Assembly (NCBI RefSeq): GCF_006345805.1 | Contig: NC_043024.1 | Coordinates: forward strand, 16,926,001 to 16,990,000 | DNA: 64,000 bases | Direction: 5' to 3' | DNA from: Octopus sinensis | Lineage: Eukaryota | Translations under genes and position numbers: made by a program | Notes under the pieces: model-generated | The model's input: the letters and a program-made list of their open reading frames with translations, nothing else | Told to the model about the DNA's origin: nothing | Database searches by the model: none | Shown here: piece after piece, positions 26,345 to 37,918 of the stretch | Numbering within the stretch: the stretch's first letter is position 1 | Layout of the letters: the number at the start of each line of letters is the position of its first letter

Positions 26345-26830
26345 TACACAAACTCCTACATTTCCCCTCCCGAACTTGTTACATCATGGGCTGTCCATAT
26401 GTGACCATCTTTACTAGAGTTAGAATGCCACTGTATTCCATGCCGTTTACTGATGGAGGAGTTTTGTGGCTTCAATTCTTCTCAACAATTATTTTCCAAA
26501 TGTTCTCATTAGTTCAATGTCCAAGAATGCAAATCATCTCTTCATAAAATCTCCTTTTATAGTCCATCTTGTGTTTTTCACTTCCAGCTTCTAACATCCA
26601 TTCTTCATTCTCATAAAATGTAGCAGAAATTGTCATAGCTCTTTAAAAAATGGATTCTTGTTTTTATTGCAATGTTTTCTCGCTAAACAGTCTAATTCCT
26701 CTAAATCCGCTTCTCCATTTACCACAACCTGACATTTTACTATTTCCTTTGATCTTGCACATTCTGTTATTGTTTTAAAAATTCACCAGATTCTTCCACC
26801 AATTTCTTTCTTCCTATTTCCATGCCATTG
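26345..26830 (-). mobile_element. Degenerate RTE-type LINE fragment
   Basis: Reverse-strand peptides ITECARSKEIVKC and (ET)WTIKGDFMKR.FAF match the RTE motifs IT.DGRS..EIK.RI and ETWT....KRL.AFE. Confidence 0.55.
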
Positions 26831-27376
26831 ACTCATTTCTTTGTCTTCTTATAAATTATCATTTCACTGCTTCTTTCAGCATTTATTTCCATTTCATATG
26901 AACTTGTAATTATACCCAGTTGTTGTTGTTATTTGATCTCGAAATTTTTCTTTTTGGCCTATTATATTAACATCCTCTTCATCATCGTCGTCATTATCGT
27001 CTTCGTCGTCATTGTCATTGATAATGTAATACTCTCTTTCCATGTTTGTGTCAGTCAAACCAAATTAATTGAGGCAGATTTTCTATGACTAGATGCTCTT
27101 CCTTTCACCAACCCTCACCAGTATCCAAGTCAGGTAATGTTTCCTCTTCAAACAAGGACAGCCCAATCACTGGACATGTTTTTATGGTAGATTGCAAGTC
27201 AATGACATTTGTTTACAGCTCAAGAACATTATGAAGACCGAAGAACATGAATGCTCTCACACACACATCTATGTGTCATCATCATCATCATCGTTTAACA
27301 TCTACATTCCATGCTGACATGGGTTGCATGTGTGTGTGTGTGTGTAGGCTTTAAAAGGGTGCATTTATTTTTATTT

Positions 27377-27412
<36 letters not shown>

Positions 27413-27559
27413 AAACCTGTAGAAGAGGTAGATCCAGGAAGATATGGAATGAGGTGGTGAAGCATTACCTTTGAACATTGGGCCTCACAGAATGAAGTGT
27501 TAGTCAAGTACAGAGTGGTAATAAGAAAATGAGATGACAAAGAAATAAATAATTATCTT

Positions 27560-27973
27560 ACGAGCTTCATTAGCTTACAGTTGTTTCTGCTAAAAGATGC
27601 GATGCACTCATAGTTGAGTGCTTGAATGTCATTCTAAAAGCTTCATCAGAGCCTCAAACATTAAGTACAATTTATTTTGGAAAGCAAAGTACATTTGTGT
27701 GTATACACTGAAAAGCATTAACAATAAGAAACCACACATGTATGGTGGGGAGGGTGAAATTCAGGAGCTCCTTCCATAGTTAGGATATGATTATTTTGAT
27801 GTAGAGAAACAGTTATAAGAACTATCAGTTAAATTATATTCTTTAAATATATATATAAATGCATTTGTTTTCCCAAATAAATTGCACTTCATCTTTGAGG
27901 CTCTGATTAAGCTTTTAGGATGATATCTCAAGCACTCAACTATAGCAGAAACAGCTGTTAGCTAATGGAGATC
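27560..27973. mobile_element. Fold-back element with a hammerhead in each arm
   Basis: Arms 27560-27659 and 27894-27973 are reverse complements, differing by substitutions and one indel. Confidence 0.8.
27572..27654 (-). ncRNA. Minimal type-I hammerhead ribozyme motif, core intact
   Basis: AGGCT-CTGATGA-AGCT...AGCA-GAAA-CAACTG-TA-AGCT, giving a 4-bp stem I, GUA cleavage triplet and an A.A mismatch at the base of stem II. Confidence 0.55.
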
Positions 27974-28987
27974 ATTTATTCAATTTCATATTACTGCTCT
28001 GTACTTGACTGGTGCTTTGTTTTTAATCATACATATATTGAGTTCTAACACCAGATTATTAGTACCACTATGCTTAAGTGAAATAATAATAATAATGAAA
28101 GTAAACAAAGTTTGCTTTAGTAGCATTGAGATGTCTTAGAAAGTTAAAGAAGAGATTTTTAAAAATTCTCAAACACAGGATAATGCTAAGACAATATGAA
28201 GAGCGTGATGTGATTGCAATAGATTGTCCTTGTTCAAATTTTTGAATTTGAATTTCTATATATCTCTTTTCATTTTGAACTCGACAAAGACAGGCTCGCT
28301 GTCGAAATATCTTTCAACCAATAAAATATCTATTGCAATCTAATTGTGCTTTCCGTATTATCTATTTACCTTTATGAAGAGTTACGTCAATCCTTTAAAC
28401 TATAATAATAATAATAATAATAATATGTACACAAGAAAAAAATACATGGTCAAACTTTTAGATTTGACTTCTGTACCATGGTGTTAGGCTTCAATATATT
28501 ATTATTTCACTGCAATAACAATAACTGGTTTGATATTGTATAAAATTCAAATTTAGTTAAAATGAATTCTTGAGAACAAAATATTGAAAAGAACAGAAAT
28601 TAAATGATTCCATTTGTATTTGAATGGTTTCGATAGAATATCAATAGATTAGTTTGTTGTCTGCTCTTCTTCGTATATATAATACACACAATATATATAT
28701 TAAGATTCAGGTGGGTGAGCAAGGCACTTAAATGGTAAGGCAACAGGTCAGGTCAAAATTAAACTGCATACACAGCAACTGTAGATGAATACAAACGTTG
28801 GTACCAAAGTATAGACAGAAGGATATTCAGGTTATGCATGCAATTATTTGAATCCAGCTGAGTATATTATCAGCCCTTGGCCTAATCCAGAATTGCACAT
28901 TGTATTAAATATATGGTCAATAATATACTTCAGAACATATGAGAAGCATGTTCCAAGAAAGGTGAACCATAAATAAATAAGTAAACG

Positions 28988-29079
28988 ATGGATAGATGTC
29001 AATTCATTACAGCTGTTTCCAACGAATTTTAAAAAAAATTGTTGGAAACAGCTGTAATGAATTGTGACCTATCTACCAT
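28988..29079. repeat. Hairpin with a perfect 24-bp stem
   Basis: CAATTCATTACAGCTGTTTCCAAC (29000-29023) is the exact reverse complement of 29041-29064. Confidence 0.95.
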
Positions 29080-29131
29080 TTGTTATATATATATATATAT
29101 AATAAGAGATGGAATAAAAAGATTTTATTTA

Positions 29132-29173
29132 GTATGACACATGTTTCGACTCATTCAGGGTCTCTTCAGGTAC
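29132..29173 (-). ncRNA. Minimal type-I hammerhead ribozyme motif, core intact
   Basis: GTAC-CTGAAGA-GACCCTGAATGAGTC-GAAA-CATGTG-TC-ATAC, with a GUC triplet and one mismatch in stem I. Confidence 0.6.
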
Positions 29174-29555
29174 ATAAATAAATAAAAAATAAAAAGTCTC
29201 ACAAGTTGTTGTATGGTTAAAATGTTCACTTTGGAACCATATTATCAGAGGTTCAGTCCCATTGCAGGGATGCTGTCTTCTGGTATCTACTATCTGGGTA
29301 CGAGTCAACCAATGCTTTGTGAGCAATATTGGTAAATGGAAAGGAAAGAAAAAAAAAACGTGTGTGTGTGTGTGTGTGTGTGTGATGATTATGATGAGGA
29401 TATTGATGATGATATATATGTATGTAATGTATGTTTGTGTAAGGACATTTTTATTTTTCTTCGTTCATGGTCGATTATCAAATTCAATGATGATCATCTT
29501 GCACTTTAGTTGTGGATCCTTTTGATGTCTGTTCATGCTGGAGGGCCACAACAAC

Positions 29556-29636
<81 letters not shown>

Positions 29637-29744
29637 ACACATTCATACACAATATAAACTTTGTGGCTGATGCACAGAAGCAATAAACCTTAAAAACACA
29701 TAGGAATCAGATTTTTCTGAAATGCTCAGGAGTATCCATCATGA

Positions 29745-29830
29745 CTGTCCATAGTTTCTGTTACCTAGGTAACCTAATTAGCAGTGAAAGAGGATGTTCT
29801 GAAAGTAAAGTTTCTAGAGGAAGAACGAAT
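29745..29830 (+). mobile_element. LINE reverse-transcriptase fragment (RTE-like)
   Basis: FCYLGNLISSERGCSES matches the FCYLG..I...GGC thumb motif. Confidence 0.6.
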
Positions 29831-30407
29831 AGGACAAAAAAAAAAGTTTTGATCCAACAACTGAAATACTTGTGCAGGGAACATTAACCCAGGATCCCTT
29901 GGTTACACAAACACTCACACAAACATATATACACATTTACTGAAAGTCTGGATGTTTTTGATAGTTTGCTCTAATTACTTTAGATGAAAGCATGTATTTG
30001 TGCTGAACCAATATTATCTAAAAATATGCTTCCCTCCAAAGGCATTATGGGATAATACATTAACAATATTGGCCTTTTTTCCCCTTTCCTGCCTTGTTTC
30101 TGCTTCTGCTTTTAATATTCCCTAATTCTCTGCAAACTCGCTGAAAATATTTTTTAATTTAAATTTTCATTTAATTTTTAATTAGTTTTAATTTAAATGC
30201 AGTTTTTTTTTTATTTTACCATTTTGTTCTTTTGCTTGAATTTATTTTTTTGTTTTTATTTTTGTTATTTAAAAAAGTTAATAAGTGGCTAACGAATAGG
30301 AGTTCATTACTTTAAAATATTGGTTTTGTATTTAATGTAGCAAGTTGTTAATTGTGACATTTAGTAGCAAGGGAGGATGGTGGTTGGTGTGATGTTTGTG
30401 TTTGTAA

Positions 30408-30447
<40 letters not shown>

Positions 30448-30722
30448 GGGGATGAACTAAGAGTAGCCATGTGGTCAGGGTGCTTCATTTACTTTCACAG
30501 GATCATTGCTCAGACAATGCATTCTGTTCTTGAACAAAATACTTCACAAAGCTGTGCAATCTCTTTGAGATCTGATGTGTGGCACACCGTACATTTGCAC
30601 AGATAATGTTGATTTGATGGAGAGAGGGAACTAATGTACATCATGAACATCTGATCACTATAAGCAGATTATCTGTGCAGGTTGTTCTGGAACCTTCATC
30701 TGTTGCCTATAACAGGAGAAAT

Positions 30723-30760
<38 letters not shown>

Positions 30761-30782
30761 ATATATGTCTGTCAATAGAGTG

Positions 30783-30957
30783 GGTATACTATCTGAAGTG
30801 TACAGCATTGTATATCCATATTGGCTACCTCTGATGAGTGTAGAGTTATATAATCGGATTGTTACCTAACAATCCATTGTACTCCTAGTACGAAACTGAT
30901 TGGTAAGCTCAGTTGTGGTGGATATATAATAATGTACACTTCAATTAATATATATAT
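30783..30957. mobile_element. Short TIR-bounded element carrying one plus-strand hammerhead
   Basis: ~35-bp inverted ends (TGAAGTGTACA...TATATCCA / TGGATATA...TGTACACTTCA), the same ends as 1989-2228. Confidence 0.7.
30825..30910 (+). ncRNA. Hammerhead ribozyme motif, core intact with weakened stems
   Basis: CTGATGA at 30831, GAAA at 30892, CTGATTGG-TA. The stem II extension contains a perfect 9-bp hairpin GGATTGTTA/TAACAATCC. Confidence 0.5.
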
Positions 30958-30971
30958 GTACACACACACAC

Positions 30972-31240
30972 ACAGGTAAGCACATAAGTGCAAAACAAGC
31001 TGAAATAGTACTCAAATACCGAAGGTAGAGTAATATGCTTTCTTAATAAAGCTGCAAAATTATCACTAGACTATTACCGAGAGTGTGACATTCCCATTTG
31101 TCGGACAGTTGTCACAACTATCCAATGAATGGGGAAGTGAAACACTGAGTAACAGTCTTGTGATAATTTTGCAGCTTCAATAAAAGCATATTACTCTGCC
31201 TTTGGTATTTGAGTACCATTTTTTCGATCTTGTGCTAACC
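30972..31240. mobile_element. Fold-back element (~70-100-bp arms) with decayed hammerheads in both arms
   Basis: GTACTCAAATACCGAAGGTAGAGTAATATGC...GCTGCAAAATTATCAC (31008 onward) pairs with the sequence ending GGTATTTGAGTAC (31216). Confidence 0.85.
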
Positions 31241-31264
31241 TCTGTGTGTGTATGTGTATCATAA

Positions 31265-31650
31265 GTGTAGGCATGTCTGTGAGATAAGAATCTTGCTTCC
31301 AGCCTCATAGTTCTGAGTTTAGTTCCACATACTTCATGGCATCTTGGGCAAGTGTCTTTTACAATAGCCTCAGGCCAGTCAAAGCCTTGTGAGTGGATTT
31401 GGTAGGTGGAAACTGAAAGAAGCCTATTGTATATATGTGTATGTCTGTATTTGTCACCCCCATCACTTGACAACCAGTGTTGGTGTGTTTGCGTCCCCAT
31501 AACTTAGCAGTTCAGTATAAGAGATCGATAGAATAAGTACTAGGCTTACAAAGAATAAGTCCTGGGGTCGATTTGTTTGACTAAAGGCGGTGCTCCAGCA
31601 TGGCCATAGTCAAATGACTGAAACATGTAAAATAGTATGAGAATAAAAGA
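31265..31650 (+). mobile_element. SINE family A, full-length
   Basis: Head and tail as in other copies. Confidence 0.85.
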
Positions 31651-31667
31651 ATATATATATATTATAC

Positions 31668-31830
31668 TTTTACTTGTTTCAGTCATTAGACTGTGGCCAT
31701 GCTGGGGCACTACCTTGATGTTTTAGTTGAATGTATTGACCCTAATAGTTATTCTATTGGTCTTTTTTGCTGAACCACTAAGTTATGGGTATATAAATGC
31801 ACCAACACAGTTGTCAAGTGGATACAGTGG
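31668..31830 (-). mobile_element. SINE family A 3' half, tail-to-tail with the previous copy
   Basis: Begins TTTTACTTGTTTCAGTCATTAGACTGTGGCCATGCTGG. Confidence 0.75.
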
Positions 31831-31873
31831 ACAAGATACACACACACACACATACGTACATACATACACATGC

Positions 31874-31982
<109 letters not shown>

Positions 31983-32025
31983 TAAGGAAATTTAGTTAAA
32001 TGCAGGTGTTATTCAAATCTTTATA

Positions 32026-32113
32026 TTTCCGACATATGTTTCGAAGAAAACATTAGAATTATTCCAGAGGGAATAAAATGATGTAAAACAATGCAATCTT
32101 CTCATCAAGGAAA
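32026..32113 (-). ncRNA. Hammerhead ribozyme motif with three well-formed stems and a C3U core variant
   Basis: TTTCC-TTGATGA-GAAGA...TCTTC-GAAA-CATATG-TC-GGAAA. Confidence 0.65.
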
Positions 32114-32594
32114 AAAGAGAAACAACATCAGTAAGCTATTTTAACCAAATGTGATGACTGCGTATATGATGAAGGGAATGCTGGCAAGTTATTTTTAAAA
32201 AAAAACTGTTAATAGATTTAACATCAAATGCAATTTAGAGAAAGAGAAGGAGGAGAAATAAATAAAACAGCAGAAAACCAAGAATGAAGAAATGTAGTGC
32301 ATTAGATGAATGGGAATACAGCTTAAAGGCATAGAAATAGCTATATTTAGTGGAAATGAAATTTAAGAAGACAGTTAAAGGTTGAATTTTGTAGATTGGG
32401 AGAAATTACTTATAGGAATTAAAGGTATGTTTTTGCCAATGTTTGCAAAGATAAATGCATTCTTTAAACGCATTTACAAGAGAATTCTCTGAGAACAGGA
32501 TGAGATAGAGTTCATTGATACAGAGCAGACAAGAAGATTTACCTTTATCATATGGAAAAGACCTATATATATATATATATATTTATATATATGA

Positions 32595-32738
32595 TGGGCT
32601 TCTTTCAGCTTCCGTCTACCAAATCATCCACTCACAAGGCTTGAAGACACTTACCCAAGGTGCCACACAGTGGGACTGAACCTAGAACCATGTGATTGGA
32701 AAGCAAGCATCTTACCACACAGCCATGACCATGCCTGT
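32595..32738 (-). mobile_element. SINE family A, 5' half
   Basis: Reverse complement of the head through GAAAGAAGCCCATC. Confidence 0.8.
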
Positions 32739-33384
32739 ATATAGATGTGTGTGTGTGCATATATACATAGATATATATACACACAGAATGACAGAGAAAA
32801 AATGTGTGTCTGTAAAGCGAAAGAGAGAGAGAGGAAGAGGGACTAAGTGCGTGTAGTGTGTGTGTCTCTCTCTTATTTAGTGTCCCAGGATGTTTTGTAA
32901 ATAAAAAAATTAACAAAACCTGAATCCCTAAAATATGTTCCAGTCTGAAATATGTATGAAGACTGATATGATCACCTGAAACTGTTATAGGTGGTGCCCC
33001 AGCATGGCCACAGTTTAATGATAGAAACCAATAAAGGAATTTAAAAAATGTACACAGAAGGAAGGGAAAATTGACAGAGAGTGACATTTTTTTGTGTGTA
33101 TGTATGCAGAAAGCCCATTGCATGCATGTGTGTGTGTTTGTGTGTGTGTGTGTGTGCATGTATCAATGTTGATATTCCATGTGTGTTGCCAGTTGAGTGA
33201 TGTCATGATGATGGTGACATTCTTTGTCACTTTTAAAGGCCTCTGCAATGGAGAAGGTCATTTTGTTGAAAGCAGGTAAGGGTTCATGACAGGAAGAGCA
33301 TCCAGCCATAAAATGCCTCCTCAAAATAACTCAGCAGCCATGCTCTGAGAAATCAAGAAAACAGACATTGAATGAATGAAAGAA

Positions 33385-33642
33385 TATCATCATCATCGTT
33401 TAATGTCCGTTCTCCATGCTACCATGGGTTGGACGGTTCGACCGGGGATCTGGGAAGTCAGAAGGCTGCACCAGGCTCCAGTCTTATCTGGCAATGTTTC
33501 TACAGCTGGATGCCCTTCCTAATGCCAACCACTCCGTGAGTGTAGTGGGTGCTTTTTACGTGCCACCTGCACTGGTGCCAGGCGAGGCTGGCATCGGCCA
33601 CGGTCGGATTGGTGCATTTTACGTGCCACCTGCACGGAAGCC
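33385..33642 (-). mobile_element. SINE-like family B copy
   Basis: (CAT)nCGTTTAATGTCC...GGGTGCTTTTTACGTGCCACC. Confidence 0.85.
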
Positions 33643-33918
33643 ATATATATATGCATATGTACGTATGTGTATATATATATATATATATATATTGATAGAT
33701 AGATAAATATATACATACATACATGTATGTATGCACATATACATTTACACACACACACATGAACACATACACACGTTTGTATAGTTATGAGGAGAGAGGA
33801 ATAACTAAAGATAGATGAGAGGAGAGAATGAAAAAGATATAAACACTTTAACTGCCAGAAAGCTTTCCGAACTCTGCTGACCTCCCTTCAGTACCTAATG
33901 ACCTTTGACCTACTTCAG

Positions 33919-34011
33919 CCAAATGCATTTGTTTGTGTGTTGAAGGGTGTTCAGCTGTTTTGGAGCAAGAAGATACCAACGCCATTACGATGAAATTGAT
34001 GACCTTCAAAG
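33919..34011 (+). CDS. Candidate orphan exon, product unknown (alternative acceptor at 33954/33955)
   Basis: CTAAT...CCTTTGACCTACTTCAG acceptor and AAG|GTAAAC donor, 93 nt, one open frame KCICLCVEGCSAVLEQEDTNAITMKLMTFK. No homology recognised. Confidence 0.25.
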
Positions 34012-34112
34012 GTAAACTGATAATAACTAATTAATTGACTAACCTTTATTAATTACTAAACATATGATATTATAGCACTGTAGCAATTAACATTTTATCA
34101 GAATGTATATAA

Positions 34113-34174
<62 letters not shown>

Positions 34175-34183
34175 CATATATTC

Positions 34184-34218
<35 letters not shown>

Positions 34219-34277
34219 CATATATTCATGTATGTATATATATACATATATACGTACATGCATGCATATATATATGT

Positions 34278-34347
<70 letters not shown>

Positions 34348-35413
34348 TTATACATATATACATAGATATATGCATACATACATGCATATATATGTACATA
34401 TATATATTATATATATCAAAACAAACAAAACGATGTTCTGATAGGCAGTGCTGAGTTTTACAGTTCTGTGAATAATAATAGTGTTACATAAGCTTCAAGC
34501 TTATAAGCAATCACAGTGTAATGACCAGAGAAAATAGTTGTCATTGCCACACAATTTTCACATTAGAATGCCTTTACTTCAATCTTTTTTTATCGCATGT
34601 CAGAGCATCTCTTCCCAGAGTGATAGGCCTCTCAATCAGGACAAATTTCTTCATTATTTGGGATAATAACGTCTTGATAAACAAAGTTTTTTGTTTTTCC
34701 CTATGATGCATAGATGTAATGATTTTTCCTAAGTCTTACTTTTGAACATCCATGGGTGAAGCAGGGCTCTTATATAATATATATATATACCTATGTATAT
34801 ATAATTAAAAGTTAAAGTCTGCCTTGAACCTCCAGGCTGGTAAGGCTGGAACCTATCTCATTTTCCTTGGTATTAATGTGACTTCTACTTGAATGGGAAG
34901 GAAATCCATGGCAGAGTTAACCACCAGATGTCACTATTACTCATTTGCAGCTGAGTGGACTAAAGTAATATACCTTCATATATAAAGACATGTCTTTGGT
35001 ATTTGTTTTAATTGTCTGTGCTCTGAGTTCAATCTTCAATGACAGCAGCCTTGTCGATTATCCTTCTGGAACTGTACTTTTCCCTATTTCTACATTTATA
35101 CACTTTTGCTCCCTGGATGACTTTTTGCATTTTAAAATTCATTTTTTTTTTTGTGATAATGAGTACCAGATAAAGTACTGGAGTTGTTATAAATGTTTAA
35201 ACCTTGTTAATGGGTGAGATATCAAAAGAAAGATAAAAGAAAATGATTTTGTTCATAGACTAAAATCTGGAAATCTGAGAAAAGAGTTGCGGGTCCTCAT
35301 TGATAACTAATAATTTAACTGTTACCATAGTAACATGGAAGTGTAATACATTAAGACCTGTCTAGTAGTTCATGTTCCTCGTTGATAACTGTTTCACACT
35401 CACCAGTTGTTAA

Positions 35414-35618
35414 CCCTTTTGTTACCATATTTCTGTTGAGATGCTCTGTGTTTCTTTCAATTAACTTGAAATATAACAAAGAATTTAGTGAAATAACTTA
35501 GTTATCATTAAGTTAGTGTTAGGAACATAAATTGTGACTAAGGTTTGGGAAGATTTTAATTCAAAACTTTTGAAAAGAAGACATTTGTACTACAGAGACA
35601 GAGGTGGTTTTAGAAGGG
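35414..35618. mobile_element. piggyBac-type MITE
   Basis: TTAA|CCCTTTTGTTACCATATTTCTG...AGAAGGG|TTAA. Body nearly identical to 42124-42322. Confidence 0.85.
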
Positions 35619-35787
35619 TTAAAAGAGAATTCAGTTGTAGAATTTAATGAGTATCATTGCTAAGAATGATGGAGAATTTACTTCATATACTGATATTTTG
35701 AGTTTCTTGCCCTTCATCTGAGTATAGGGAAAGAGAGAAATAGTGAGTGAGAGAGAGGGAGAGAAGGAGACAAACAGTAAGTATGAG

Positions 35788-35840
<53 letters not shown>

Positions 35841-36514
35841 TGTTTCAGTTGTGGAGACGTCATTCAAAATTAATAAAAAAGAACGTTATTAAAAGGAAAA
35901 AAATAAAATAAATAAAAGAATTACTGAATAAATTAGTGTGGTAACATGATTAATTGACCAACTAATGAAACACGGTCGTTGTGACCATTGGTTTAAGATT
36001 AAAACGAATGAAAGACTTGACCATCTCTTTCGTTGTTTCATTGAGTTTCTGGTTGCATAAAAATAAGAGAACAACTCAGATATTCAAAATAAAGAAAATG
36101 ATTTAAAACAAAACAAAAATAAATAAAACAATGTCTGCTTTTTTTTTTTTATTTAATTAATGGTTTCAAATTTTATTTCTGTTTTGTTGTTGTCATGAAT
36201 TTATAATTAATTATACGTCTCGTTAAAACACATAGCATGATGTAATCTATTAGAATGAAGCGAGAAACATATTTAATATTTCTGGTGCGTAGCGATAGCT
36301 GTGGGGGTGGGGGTTTAAATAATCTTTGGGGTGAGGAGTGGCGTGGGTGGGGGTGTGAAGTAATTTACATTGCAAGCACATAGTTCCTAGTTGGCTTTTT
36401 CCCCCTCTGTAGCAACAGGTAGGGCAATTGCCATCTGCCTTGGATTAAGCAATGATCTTTTGGGAAGGAAATTTGGTTGGCAGAAACTATGCAGAATATA
36501 TATGTGTGTATGTT

Positions 36515-36712
36515 TGTGAGTCTGTGTTTGCCTCCTCCCATCATCGCTTGACAACAATGTTGGTGTGTTTACATTCCCGTAACTTAGCAGTTCAGCAGAA
36601 GCGACTGATAGAATAAGTACTAGGCTTACAAAGAATAAGTCCTAGGTTTGATTTGTTCGGCTAAAGGTGGTGCCCCAGCATGGCCACAGTCAAATGACTG
36701 AAACAAATAAAT
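36515..36712 (+). mobile_element. SINE family A, 3' half
   Basis: Canonical 3' half. Confidence 0.8.
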
Positions 36713-37596
36713 GAATATAAAAAAAGAATATATATGTATGTATATGTATATAAACACACACTCACACACATACACACATACATACACTCATAGAAACATA
36801 CATATCTATTGTAATATCTTTCACACGTCCAGGAACATGTTAAAAATAAGTGAACTAATTTTTTGTTTTCTTTTAAATAGTTTACAATATTATTTTGGAT
36901 TTTTAATTTGGAAACACAATTTCTTAGACTTTCCTTGCAAGGACACCAATGAATGTTTGGTTTGATAACTAATATGGCACAAAGTCAAAAATGGTCAAGT
37001 CCAAGTGACAGAAGTACCTTAATTGTCTCCTTAATTAAATGAATGTGATTGGTAGGGAGAGACAGAGACTTTGATCTGGATTAACTGGAAATCTGTGTAG
37101 TTGATTCATATCCCAGTATCAGATATAAAAGATGACAAACGGTGGTCTCTACTTTCAGGCAAATGCCATAGTTTGGCGCTTTGTTAGTGTTTAACCTCAG
37201 TTATGTGTATATGGAGGAGCTAACCTTAGAGATGAAAAATCTTTGAGTGAGGGTCACAGCGATGTCATGGGGAGCAGCATGGTGGATGTGAAGTTTGGTG
37301 TAATTACATGCCACAATCTGGGTAGAAGAGCTTTTTCAGCCAATGGTCAGTCTAAGGGTCAACCAATCCAATTAGCAGATTATTGTCAGTTGATAGAACT
37401 GGTGATTCATCGACTCATTTTAGCTACTTGAAAAGACTATGGAGTTCTGGAAACTCATACCACCACCATTTGAATTTGGATGGCTAGTAACAGGATTAAT
37501 GACCTCAGATTAGACATGTGATCAATGACATTCCAGCATATGGCCACTCCATCTTTTTGTTCTGTTTTTGAGTCAGTATATCTTTTTTGAAGCCCC

Positions 37597-37918
37597 CTTC
37601 GGTCATGGTTGACAATGGGATTGCACCTAGAAAGTTACCTTCCCAGGCACAAGTCCATCAAGGTTGTTAATGGAAAACCAGCAGTCACCCATGCATACCG
37701 GCCTCCCCTCTCCACACCAGTGTTATCCAAGGGATAGGCAAAGGCTGATACAACTTGGCACCTGTGACGTCACAATTCATTTCTACAGCTGAGTGAACTG
37801 GAGCAATGTGAAATAAAGTGTCTTGCTCAAGAACACAACACGCAGCCCGGTTCAGGATTTGAACTCACAACCTCACGAATGTAAGCTCGATGCTCTAACC
37901 ACTGAGCCATGCACTTTC
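37597..37918 (-). mobile_element. tRNA-headed SINE family C, full-length
   Basis: Reverse complement of the 17143-17472 type, from GAAGCCCCCTTCGGTCATG to CCACTGAGCCATGCAC. Confidence 0.85.
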
